A stretch of 64,000 bases of DNA. Origin: Candidatus Versatilivorator sp. (GTDB lineage: Bacteria; Acidobacteriota; Terriglobia; Versatilivoradales; Versatilivoraceae). Below are positions 18,912 to 27,617 of this stretch, piece after piece. The translations under genes and the position numbers were made by a program. The notes beneath the pieces are model-generated. The model saw only the letters and a list, made by a program, of their open reading frames with translations, had not been told where the DNA came from and did not search any database. Positions within the stretch are counted from its first letter, which is position 1. Each line of letters begins with the position of its first letter. The DNA is taken from the NCBI GenBank assembly GCA_965207735.1, contig OZ242296.1, positions 3,360,001 to 3,424,000 on the forward strand, read 5' to 3'.

Positions 18912-19384
18912 GACCCATGGTGTGTGCTATGAAGGCCGGGTGCCTACCCCTCCCGCGAATCCTGAATCACCCTTCCCTTGCCGACAGACGTGGCCATGTC
19001 ACTTTTTTGGCGCGTTGTATTGTGAGCAACCACACTGTTCCCCGCAGACGCGGCGATGAATCGGGGCAAGAAACGAACTCACTCGATGACCGTGGAATGA
19101 TCGACGATTTCCGTCTCTGGGGGTCAAGCAGATGCCGTCGTATGGGTGAAACGGCTGCAACGTAGCGATGTTCACCCAGCCGTTTCATGATTTCCACACC
19201 CACAACGCCATTCTCTCAGAGAGCGGAGCCCTCGCCGTTGTGGTTGGCGACTTTCCCCAAACACCGCGTCAGACACGGGACAACAAGGATTGCCCGTATC
19301 GGATGAGACAAGGCGAAGCAAGGCTGCGCCTCGCGCGTCCCCCTCCCGCCCGGCGCGGCGGCGCGCCGCACGAGAGGGGAGAAG

Positions 19385-19496
19385 GTGGAGGGAGCGACCC
19401 CCATATTTTTTGCCGCTGGTGCGGCATCGGGGAGGGTTAGCCGTTTCACTTCACAGTTCACGGTTAACCCTCCCCTTGGGGGGTCGCGCCCTCCAC
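19385..19496. repeat. Nested long hairpin element downstream of integrase remnant
   Basis: Outer stem 19385-19402/19479-19496 (1 mismatch), inner stem 19429-19444/19460-19475, side hairpin 19411-19426. Confidence 0.75.
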
Positions 19497-19609
19497 AGTG
19501 ATCCCTTCGGGAAGGTTAAAATGGAGATCTGGAGCCAGGTCATTCCAGTTAACCTGGCCTTGACGGCCGTGGGCCTGCGGGTGTGGCTCGATCCTTGGGC
19601 GAGGTTTCC

Positions 19610-19790
19610 TTACGGGACCTGGTGCGGGCAGCCCATTCCTTGGGCCAGGTAACGCGCCCAGTCGTCCATCAGGACACGCCTGCGCTCGAACAGGTCGGAG
19701 CGGGCATAGGCCGCCTCGACCCGATTGCGGACCACATGCGCCAGGGCCGCCTTGATCACCTCCCGGGGATGGTCGGTCTCTTCGGGCGCA
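19610..19790 (-). pseudogene. C-terminal remnant of P4-like tyrosine integrase
   Basis: EETDHPREVIKAALAHVVRNRVEAAYARSDLFERRRVLMDDWARYL contains the box II His and catalytic Tyr of phage integrases; the N-terminal part is absent. Confidence 0.85.
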
Positions 19791-19827
19791 CTGTCACTTC
19801 GTGGACTGACAGCCGCCGGAGGGGTCC

Positions 19828-22800
19828 CTACTCGATATCCAGGGGCGCGAATCCCGCGTCGCGGGCCAGTTGGTTGAAGGAGGCCGCCTCGCCCTGGCAC
19901 AGCTCCCGCAGCCTGGCGATCTGAACGTCGATCTGGGCGCAGATGTCGTCGAAGACTTCGTAGGCCTGCTTGGGCGGCGCCGCATCGGCAATGCCGACCA
20001 CGGCCACCAGCCCACCCAGCTTGGCGTTCAGGCGGTTGGGGTAGCGCAGCCGGTCGAAGGGGGTCTTGTCCTTGGTCTGAATCAAGGCCTTTTCGATGGA
20101 ATCCAGTCGATCCCTTAGGGCCTTGGCCTTTTCGGAGACAGGACTCGCCCCCCTCGCGTCGCCCTGATTCACCTTTTCGGTACGCTTGGACCACTCCGCC
20201 AGTTGCTCTTGCAGGCGGCGGGTGCGGTTGATGGCCCGATTGGTCTCCGTCAGCTTGTCCCGGATTCTGGTCCAAAACTCGAACTGCGCCTGAAAGTCCT
20301 CGGGCGTGGCCTCCACCCGTGGGTCCTTGAGGATCTCGAAGCTTTCGGTACAGGTGCGGCCGCCCGCGGTCAGCCGGACCCCGTAGGGGCCGGGAGGGGC
20401 CAGCGGGCCGTTCCCGCTCTTCTCGCGCGTGCCGAAGAGGGTGGACTGGTCTTTCCCCCGTTCCTCGACTTTCTCGGCGTCGGCGTAGTGCATATCCCAG
20501 ACGAAGCGGTTCAGTCCGGGCCGGGCGGTGAGGTAGCGGTCCGCCTTGGGGGAAGCTTCCCCGCCTCCGGCGTCCTCCGACTCCGCCGGCTTGCTGGTGA
20601 AGGTCTTGATCTCCCGGCCGTCGGCGTCAAGAAAGGTCAGTGAGATGGGCTCGCCGGGCGCCTCGGCCAGCCAGTAGTAGACGATGACTCCCGGGGGCGG
20701 GTTCTGACCCGCGTCCAGAAAGCGGCGGACCGATTCGCCCTCGGGGGTCTCATCCTGGTAGTAGCAGGCGTTGCCCCCCAAGCCCAACATGTAGTTCTTG
20801 CCCTTGTCGGCGAACATGTTGACGCTCCAGTTCAGCCGGGTGCGGTAGGTGGGACGGGGAGGGAACAGGCCGGCAGCGGCCCCGCTCGCTTCGGGGTCCA
20901 GCCGGCGCAAGGGCGTCAAGTCGTCCAGGATCCAGAAGGAGCGCCCGTGGGTGCCGGCCACCAAGTCGGAGTCCTTGATCTTGAGGTCGTAGACCGGCAC
21001 CACCGGGAGATTGCTCCGCAGCGGCTGCCAGTGTTCCCCGTCGTCGAAAGTGACGAAGACGCCCGTCTCGGTGCCGACGAAAAGCAGGCCCCCACGGAGG
21101 GGGTCGGCTCTCACCACCCGGGTGATCTGGTCCTTGGGAAAGTCTCCCGCTATGCTGCGCCAGCTGCGGCCGTAGTCCTCGGTCTTGTAGAGGAAGGGAC
21201 GGTAGTCGTCCAGCTTGTAGCGGGTGGCGGAGACATAGGCCGAGGCCGGATCGTGGGGAGAGACCTCCAGGCAACCCACGTAGGACCATTCCGGCAGGTC
21301 GGGTGGAGTGATGTTATCCCAATGGCCGCCGCCGTCTCGGGAGAGATGGACCAGTCCGTCGTCGGTGCCTGCCCAGAACACGCCGCGCTCGTGCTTCGAC
21401 TCCACGAAGGTGGAGAGGGTGGCGTACCCCTCGGCGCCGCTGGCGTCCTTGGTGACGGGCCCGCCGGAAGCCTCCAGCTTGCCGGGGTCGTTCCGCGACA
21501 GATCCGGACTGATGGCTTCCCAACTGCCGCCCTCATCGAGGCTGCGGAAAAGGATGTTTCCGCCGGCATAGAGCACGTTGGGGTCGTGGGGCGAAATGGC
21601 GATGGGATAGGTCCAGGCGAAGCGGTACTTGAGGTCCTTGGGCGCCCAGCCCGTCGACTCCTCGGGCCAGACGTTCACCAGGCGGATCTGCCCGGTCTTT
21701 CGATCGTAACGCTGCATCACGCCGTTGCCCCCCGGCGAGCTCCCTATCGCTCCCAGATAGACAATGTCCGGGTTCTCGGGGTGGACGGCGATGAATCCGC
21801 TCTCTCCGGTGCCGGGAGAGTAGCAGTGGCCCCAGGCGACGGCGCCGTATTCGGTGGCGCTGGGAACGCAAATGCTGGCGTTGTCCTGCTGGGTGGCGTA
21901 GACCCGGTAGGGGAACTGGTTGTCGATGTCCATGCGGTAGAGCTGCGAGGTGAGCTGATTGTAGATGGTCGACCAACTGCGCCCGCCGTTGAAGGAGATG
22001 CAGGCGCCCCCGTCATTCCCTTGAACCAGGTGGCGGGGATCGCTCGGGTCGATCCACAGGTCGTGGTTGTCTCCGTGGGGGGTGGTCACCTGCTCGAAGC
22101 GACAGCCGCCGTCGGTGGATTTCCACATCTTCAGGTTGGTGACGTAGACGGTGTCGGCGTGGCAGGGATCGGCGAAGACGTGGCAGTAATACCAGGGCCG
22201 GTGTATCAGGTCGCGGTTGTCGCTGACCCGTTGCCACTGCTGCCCGCCGTCATCCGACCGGTAGAGGCCTTCCTCCTCCGACTCCACGATCGCCCAGACC
22301 CGGTCCGCCTGAGCCGGTGAGACGGCCACACCGATCTTGCCCTTGATCCCCTTGGGCAGCCCCTGGTTGTCGCTGATCTCGGTCCAGGTGTCGCCGCCGT
22401 CGGTGGACTTGAAAAGGCCGCTGTCGGGGCCCCCGCTGGAAAGAGACCAGAAGTTACGGTAGGTCTCCCAGATGGAGGCGTAGAGCAGACGGGGATTGTT
22501 GGGGTCCATGGCCAGATCCACCGCACCCGCCTTGGGGCTGCGGTAGAGCACCTTTTCCCAGTTGCGGCCGCCGTCCCTGGAGCGGTAGACGCCCCGCTCC
22601 GGGTTGGGGCCGAAGGCGTGGCCCAGGGCCGCCGCGTAGACCAGGTCGGGATCGTTGGGATGGACGCGGATTTCGCCGATATGGCGCGTTTCCTCCAGCC
22701 CCATGTGGGTCCAGGTCTTGCCGGCGTCGGTGGACTTGTAGACCCCGTCCCCGTAGGAAACGTCCAGGCGAATGGTGGTTTCCCCGGTGCCGGCATAGAT

Positions 22801-23052
22801 GACGTTGGGGTCGGACGGAGCCACCGCCAGGGCGCCGACGGAGGAGGTGTTGAAGAAGCCGTCGGAGACGTTTTCCCAGTAGGTGCCGCCGTCGGTGGTT
22901 TTCCAGACTCCACCGGCCACGGCTCCAAAGTAGGCGGTCATGGGGTCCACCGGGTCGCCGGCCACGGCCACCACCCGGCCGCCGCGGGGCGGGCCGATGC
23001 AGCGCCACTGGAGGTCCTGCAAGAAGCTGGGATCGTAGGGGGGGATGCTCAT
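19828..23052 (-). CDS. BNR/Asp-box repeat glycosyl hydrolase-like protein (VPS10/sortilin-like beta-propeller)
   Basis: WRCIGPPRGGR start, many S.DGG.TW Asp-boxes, GTHGRSFWILDD. Likely ATG at 23052 after GAAGGGAG. Confidence 0.85.
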   Translation of the reverse strand: MSIPPYDPSFLQDLQWRCIGPPRGGRVVAVAGDPVDPMTAYFGAVAGGVWKTTDGGTYWENVSDGFFNTSSVGALAVAPSDPNVIYAGTGETTIRLDVSYGDGVYKSTDAGKTWTHMGLEETRHIGEIRVHPNDPDLVYAAALGHAFGPNPERGVYRSRDGGRNWEKVLYRSPKAGAVDLAMDPNNPRLLYASIWETYRNFWSLSSGGPDSGLFKSTDGGDTWTEISDNQGLPKGIKGKIGVAVSPAQADRVWAIVESEEEGLYRSDDGGQQWQRVSDNRDLIHRPWYYCHVFADPCHADTVYVTNLKMWKSTDGGCRFEQVTTPHGDNHDLWIDPSDPRHLVQGNDGGACISFNGGRSWSTIYNQLTSQLYRMDIDNQFPYRVYATQQDNASICVPSATEYGAVAWGHCYSPGTGESGFIAVHPENPDIVYLGAIGSSPGGNGVMQRYDRKTGQIRLVNVWPEESTGWAPKDLKYRFAWTYPIAISPHDPNVLYAGGNILFRSLDEGGSWEAISPDLSRNDPGKLEASGGPVTKDASGAEGYATLSTFVESKHERGVFWAGTDDGLVHLSRDGGGHWDNITPPDLPEWSYVGCLEVSPHDPASAYVSATRYKLDDYRPFLYKTEDYGRSWRSIAGDFPKDQITRVVRADPLRGGLLFVGTETGVFVTFDDGEHWQPLRSNLPVVPVYDLKIKDSDLVAGTHGRSFWILDDLTPLRRLDPEASGAAAGLFPPRPTYRTRLNWSVNMFADKGKNYMLGLGGNACYYQDETPEGESVRRFLDAGQNPPPGVIVYYWLAEAPGEPISLTFLDADGREIKTFTSKPAESEDAGGGEASPKADRYLTARPGLNRFVWDMHYADAEKVEERGKDQSTLFGTREKSGNGPLAPPGPYGVRLTAGGRTCTESFEILKDPRVEATPEDFQAQFEFWTRIRDKLTETNRAINRTRRLQEQLAEWSKRTEKVNQGDARGASPVSEKAKALRDRLDSIEKALIQTKDKTPFDRLRYPNRLNAKLGGLVAVVGIADAAPPKQAYEVFDDICAQIDVQIARLRELCQGEAASFNQLARDAGFAPLDIE

Positions 23053-23147
23053 GTACGTGGCTCCCTTCTGAGGACGGGCGACCCGCATGGCCGCGGTGCC
23101 GCCGGATGCATGACGGGAGTCATTATATATCCGCTGCCCTGTCAGTG

Positions 23148-25550
23148 TTACCAGTACCAGCGGACCTTGGCGGACAAGGTGCGGGGCTGCACCACGCGGG
23201 TCCCAACAAATACGGACTGGAAGTTGTAGAGCGCCGTCCGGTTAGTCAGGTTGGCCACCTGGAAAACCAGGTCCCAGACCCGGCGGTCGCCGCGAATGTG
23301 CTTGTAGCCGAGGGTGGCATCCAGGATGGTTCTGGCCTTCACTCGAGGGGGGTTCGAGGTCAGGTTCACCAGGGGCAGCTGGTCGAAGTAGTCCGGGTCT
23401 CGCGCCACCTCGGCCGGATCGGAAGGATTGGGCACCAGACCGCTGTCGTAGCGAACCTGCCAACTCGTCCACCAGTTCCTGCGCGGACGGCAGGTCAGCA
23501 GGCCGCTGACCGCCAGTTTCTGGTCGTGGTCGATCACGAAGGGGCCCTGGCCCAGGAGGTCCAGCGCGGCGCTTCCCAGGAAGAGACCGCCGGTAAAGGG
23601 CGGGGTGACGACCACGTGATAGTGGGTGGTGCTGATTGACCCGCTGAAACGGCGAATTTCCGGAAGGGTGAGGCGGGTTTCGAATCCGTTGACGTTGGAG
23701 CGGGCCAGCGAGGTGGGGAAGATGATTCCGGTATTGAGGAAGTTGTCGTTGTCCTGCAGATCCTGGGAATCCTTGTGGAAAAACGCGGCGTTCAGGCTGG
23801 CCCGGTCGCCCAGTCTCTGCTGCAGCCCCACCTCATAGACGTTCTGGCGCTGCGGGCCGATCAAGATGACCCCACCGTTCAGGCCGCGCCTCACGTCCGG
23901 CGGGGCCAAACGTTCGGCTGCCTCCGAGTTGGACAGCAGCAGATTCTCGTTGGGCGGGGTCTGATAGTTCCGATTGTAGGAAGCCCGTAGAACGGTTCCG
24001 GTCTCTCTGAGATGGTAGGCCACACCCAGGCGCGGCTGGAACTGCGCACCGGCCGTCAGGAAACGGTAGCGGTCGTAGCGCCCTCCCAGGTTGATCTGGA
24101 ACCGGCCCAGCCTGATGCGGTCCTGCAGAAAGACGGACTGCAGTCGGCCGGCGCCCTTGTCGGAAAAGCGGAACCAATGCCCCCCTCGAGTGAGGTCGTA
24201 GGGGACCAGGTTGGGGTTGAAGTCCCGCGACCCGGGAGAGTTGAAGCGGGGGTCGGAAATGCCGAAGAAGAAGTTCTCGCTGACGGGAAAATACTGGTAG
24301 TCGAATCCGACTCTCCATTGATGCCGGCCCCGCAGGATGTTGAAACGGTTGAAGGTGGAAAAGGTGGAAAGATGCCGGGCCAGCGAGGCCGTCACCGGGG
24401 TGTCTCCAGGGCTGGGGAAGAGTTGAGCCACCGTGGTTCGGTAGGAGGTAGTGGAATCGAAGGTGGCCGAGGAGGAGATCACCCGGACCCAGCCCAGTGA
24501 GACCGCCGCGTCGCGCAGGTGGCGCCTCTGTTGCTGGCCGTTCAGGTGCTGGGACCTCAAGTTGGCCAGCTGGAAGGCCGAGCGCCCGGCCAGCAGGCTC
24601 AGCCGAAGGTTGTCCTTCGGAGTGGGATGGTAGTCCAACCGCAGGAAGCCGCGCTCGGCATTGCCCCCGTTGTGGAGATTGTCGAGAGAAGGACTGTCGA
24701 GGAAGCGGTTGCTCTTCACCGCGGAGACGGAGGCGAAGTAACCCAGTTTTTCCCTGGCCCCACCCAGTTGCAGGATGGCCGAGGCGGTGTCGAACTGTGC
24801 GGCGCCGAGCTCCAGCATCCCGAAGAAATCGCCTCCCCCATCGAAGCCCGAATGGGTGGTGATATTGGCCACTCCCGAAACCTTGCTGCCGTAGTCCGGC
24901 GGAATATCTCCCGAATAGAGCTCGAGGGACTGCACCATGGAAGGATCGATGGAGGTGGCGAATGACCCGGTGAATTGATCGCTGATGGGCATGCCGTCGA
25001 TCACGTAGGTCATCTGATTGTGAGCTCCCCGCGGATGAACGGCTCCGTTGGCATTGGCGGCGAAGCCGGGGAAGCTGAGCAATATTCCTTCCAGTCCACG
25101 GGCTCCGGCCTGGACGGGCATCTCCTCGATGGCTTTGCGGTTGAGCTCGGTGCGGGTCCCGGTAGCCTTGGTATCGATCAGCGTGACTCGCTCGACCAGG
25201 GAGACCTCAATGGCCTCACGCCGAGTCGCCAGCGAGAGCCGGACAGGGATGAGGACGGGAACGTTGGAGCGAAGATGGACTGCCTGGGTGTGGGTGGCGA
25301 AGTCGGAGTGGCTTACCTGCAGCTCGTAGGTCTGGAAGGGAACGTTGAGGACCTGGAAGGAGCCATCCGATTGGCTGGCGGTCCGGCGCTCGAACCCGGT
25401 CAGCAGGTTGGTCAAGCGAACGCCGGCTCCGGCGACGGCGGCTCCCAGCGGATCGACCACGGTGCCGCTCAGTTGAGCGGTTGCCTGGGCTCCTGCCTGC
25501 CGGGGAATCGCAACAATTAACCAGATTCCCAGAAGGATCGAAAAGCCCAT
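23148..25550 (-). CDS. TonB-dependent receptor with N-terminal carboxypeptidase-regulatory-like domain
   Basis: Signal peptide, LSGTVVDPLGAAVAGA, plug motifs YVIDGMPI and YGSKVSGVANITT, barrel QPRLGVAY and NLTN, C-terminal aromatic VRWYW. Start uncertain (ORF open to 25739). Confidence 0.85.
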   Translation of the reverse strand: MGFSILLGIWLIVAIPRQAGAQATAQLSGTVVDPLGAAVAGAGVRLTNLLTGFERRTASQSDGSFQVLNVPFQTYELQVSHSDFATHTQAVHLRSNVPVLIPVRLSLATRREAIEVSLVERVTLIDTKATGTRTELNRKAIEEMPVQAGARGLEGILLSFPGFAANANGAVHPRGAHNQMTYVIDGMPISDQFTGSFATSIDPSMVQSLELYSGDIPPDYGSKVSGVANITTHSGFDGGGDFFGMLELGAAQFDTASAILQLGGAREKLGYFASVSAVKSNRFLDSPSLDNLHNGGNAERGFLRLDYHPTPKDNLRLSLLAGRSAFQLANLRSQHLNGQQQRRHLRDAAVSLGWVRVISSSATFDSTTSYRTTVAQLFPSPGDTPVTASLARHLSTFSTFNRFNILRGRHQWRVGFDYQYFPVSENFFFGISDPRFNSPGSRDFNPNLVPYDLTRGGHWFRFSDKGAGRLQSVFLQDRIRLGRFQINLGGRYDRYRFLTAGAQFQPRLGVAYHLRETGTVLRASYNRNYQTPPNENLLLSNSEAAERLAPPDVRRGLNGGVILIGPQRQNVYEVGLQQRLGDRASLNAAFFHKDSQDLQDNDNFLNTGIIFPTSLARSNVNGFETRLTLPEIRRFSGSISTTHYHVVVTPPFTGGLFLGSAALDLLGQGPFVIDHDQKLAVSGLLTCRPRRNWWTSWQVRYDSGLVPNPSDPAEVARDPDYFDQLPLVNLTSNPPRVKARTILDATLGYKHIRGDRRVWDLVFQVANLTNRTALYNFQSVFVGTRVVQPRTLSAKVRWYW

Positions 25551-25750
25551 GGCCCGCAGGCGCCTCGATGGGAGCGCGGGCGGGCGGCTGCTTTCCTGGC
25601 TGGAAGGTTGCCGGGGAGCACCGGTGAAACGACTGCCTGGGACACTCCGCCACACCGCTTTGTCCTCCTGGAGCCACCGGGCTGAATCCCTTCTTCGGAA
25701 GAAGCATGATTGCCCGCCTTTTTGCTTAAGCTTTTGCAAGCTTAAAATAA

Positions 25751-25779
25751 AGTTTAGATAAGACTAAATATTTTGTCAA
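25751..25779 (-). promoter_or_regulatory. Sigma70 promoter of TBDR with overlapping palindromic operator TTTAG-N6-CTAAA
   Basis: TTGACA-17 nt-TAAACT on the minus strand; palindrome at 25753-25768. Confidence 0.75.
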
Positions 25780-25838
25780 CGCTTGTGTGGGTGGGGGCTG
25801 CCCGTGGCGCCGATAGTCACTCACGAGGCGAGGCGTCT

Positions 25839-25910
25839 GCCCCCCTCCGGATCGACGGCGGGCTTCGCCCTTGTCTCTTGCCGACTCCCCCCTCAAGGGG
25901 GGAGTGATAC
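25839..25910 (+). repeat. REP/MITE-like element family A (ends GACTCCCCCCTCAAGGGGGGAGTGATAC)
   Basis: Related copies at 27551-27617 (inverted) and 31443-31511 (inverted); partials at 27311, 27365 and 31124. Confidence 0.75.
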
Positions 25911-25924
25911 GGGTGAACCAACGG

Positions 25925-27136
25925 TCAATTGGTAAGAAAGGACAGCAGCCAGCCCAGCGCCCCGCCCCCGACCACGACCCAGGCCAGGTTGATTTTCCAG
26001 CGGAGACCGATCAGGGTGGCCGCCACGGCGATGAGCCAGGCCGGCCAGGCGGTGAGAGTGGCCTGCCCCAGCTTTACGGTGACGGCGGCCATCAGGGCCA
26101 CGGCGCTGACGTTGACCGCGTCCAGAAAGGCAGCCGTCCAGGGGGACTTCCGAAGGCGCGGAATCCAGGGGTTGACCAGCGCGACAAACAGGAAGGAGGG
26201 AGCGAAAATGGCGGTGGTCGCCACTGCCGCTCCGCCGGCTCCGGCAATCAAGTAGCCAATGAAAGTGGCGGTGGACAGGACGGGTCCGGGGGTGAACTGA
26301 CCGATGGCAATGGCATCCAGCAGCTGCCGCTGAGTCAGCCAGCCATATTCGTGGACCAGGCCGCCCTGCAGAAAAGCGACCAGCACGTAGCCGCTTCCGT
26401 AGAGCACGGCGCCGACCTTCAGGAAGAAGAGACCCAGCTTCCACAACGAAACCGAGGCCGCTCCTGCCCCGCCGGCTCCCGCCGCGGCCGCCAGCAGAAC
26501 CCCGCTTTTCTTGCCCAGCCATTGGCCCAACCAAGCTCCTGCGACCGCCGGGAGGATCTTCGCCCGTCGAGATCGAACCGCCTGGGGCAGCCGCAACCAG
26601 AGCATGCCGGCAACACCTCCCAGCAGCAGGGCGGCCACCTCGTTGAGCTGCAGCAGGGAAGCCGCCAGAACGGCGGCGCCAATGGCCCCCAACGACCAGG
26701 TCTTGCAGGCCTTGTTCCCCAGCCGCCAGACGGAAACGGCAATGATGGCCAGCACGGCCGGCTTGATCCCCAGCAACCAGGGCGCAACCTGCGGGAGTTG
26801 ACCAAAGTGGACGTAGATCCAGGCCAGACCCGCGGTCAAGCCGACGGCAGGCAGAATGAAACAGGTCCCTGCAACCGCCAGGCCGATCCAACCGGCTCTG
26901 ACAAAGCCGAGATGGATGGCCATCTCGGTTGAGTTGGGACCCGGGATCAGGTTGGTAGCGCCCAACAGATCCAGAAAGCGCTCGCGCGTCAGCCAGCCTC
27001 GCCGCGCCACCACCTCCTCTTCCATCATGGCGATATGGGCCGCCGGCCCCCCGAAGCCCAGGATTCCCAGCTTCAGGAAGACCAGCGCCAGTTCCTTGAG
27101 GCGGGCGAGAGAGCATTGGTTCAAGGTCATGGTCAA
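25925..27136 (-). CDS. chrA: Chromate efflux transporter (CHR family)
   Basis: FLKLGILGFGGPAAHIAMM, IPGPNSTEMA, second repeat GAVLYGSGYVL and GQFTPGPV. Confidence 0.93.
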   Translation of the reverse strand: MTMTLNQCSLARLKELALVFLKLGILGFGGPAAHIAMMEEEVVARRGWLTRERFLDLLGATNLIPGPNSTEMAIHLGFVRAGWIGLAVAGTCFILPAVGLTAGLAWIYVHFGQLPQVAPWLLGIKPAVLAIIAVSVWRLGNKACKTWSLGAIGAAVLAASLLQLNEVAALLLGGVAGMLWLRLPQAVRSRRAKILPAVAGAWLGQWLGKKSGVLLAAAAGAGGAGAASVSLWKLGLFFLKVGAVLYGSGYVLVAFLQGGLVHEYGWLTQRQLLDAIAIGQFTPGPVLSTATFIGYLIAGAGGAAVATTAIFAPSFLFVALVNPWIPRLRKSPWTAAFLDAVNVSAVALMAAVTVKLGQATLTAWPAWLIAVAATLIGLRWKINLAWVVVGGGALGWLLSFLTN

Positions 27137-27271
27137 GCGGAAAGGGTCGAACAGAGGTCGTTGGCGATGCTACCACAGATCCGGCTGCCGGAAGCGGGAG
27201 AGAAAAGAGTTATCCACGAAGGGACACGAGGGAACAGGAGTAGCCACACGACAAGTCGGCTATTGGCCCCT

Positions 27272-27480
27272 CGGCGCACAAGATCTCGCCTGTGGCTCGC
27301 CTTGTGCGAACCCCCACCGCATCAGCCTTCGCCATTCGGCGCTGTCGTTCGGAGGCGCCGCGTTGGCCCCCCTCCGCATCAGCCTTCGCCTGTCGGCTCG
27401 ACTTCTGCGACTCCCCCACCGCAACCGACGCACGCCGGCGGTTACCGCTACGGCGCACAAGATCTCGCCTTTGGCTCGCC
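27272..27480 (+). repeat. Composite repeat cluster: two 30-bp direct repeats enclosing two partial family A elements
   Basis: CGGCGCACAAGATCTCGCCTKTGGCTCGCC at 27272-27301 and 27451-27480; CCGCATCAGCCTTCGCC twice between them. Confidence 0.75.
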
Positions 27481-27550
27481 ATGCGGTAGACCGGGAACAT
27501 GGTTTACATCCTGCCCAGCAATCGGGCAATAAGCCCTCTACAGACCTCAA

Positions 27551-27617
27551 GTATCACTCCCCCCTTGAGGGGGAGTCGGCGAGAGGGCGGAGCCCGCGGT
27601 CGAGCCGGAGGGGGGCC
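27551..27617 (-). repeat. REP/MITE-like element family A, inverted copy
   Basis: GTATCACTCCCCCCTTGAGGGGGAGTC...CGAGCCGGAGGGGGG is approximately the reverse complement of 25839-25910. Confidence 0.75.

Noticed and set aside
18665-19461. Short ORFs in the adhesin upstream region
   Set aside because: No recognisable motifs or RBS, mutually overlapping, and the region is better explained as regulatory and structured DNA.
19429-19475. Integron attC site
   Set aside because: Lacks correctly ordered RYYYAAC...GTTRRRY ends, and no IntI or cassette array is present.
19610-20275. 221-aa ORF as an intact integrase
   Set aside because: Only the last ~60 codons are integrase-like; the rest is an alternative frame of the BNR gene.
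25551-25740. Cobalamin or other riboswitch in the TBDR leader
   Set aside because: No B12-box or other recognisable aptamer consensus found.
27272-27480. Possible mini CRISPR array (30-bp direct repeats)
   Set aside because: Only two repeats, a 149-bp spacer made of other repeat elements, and no cas genes.
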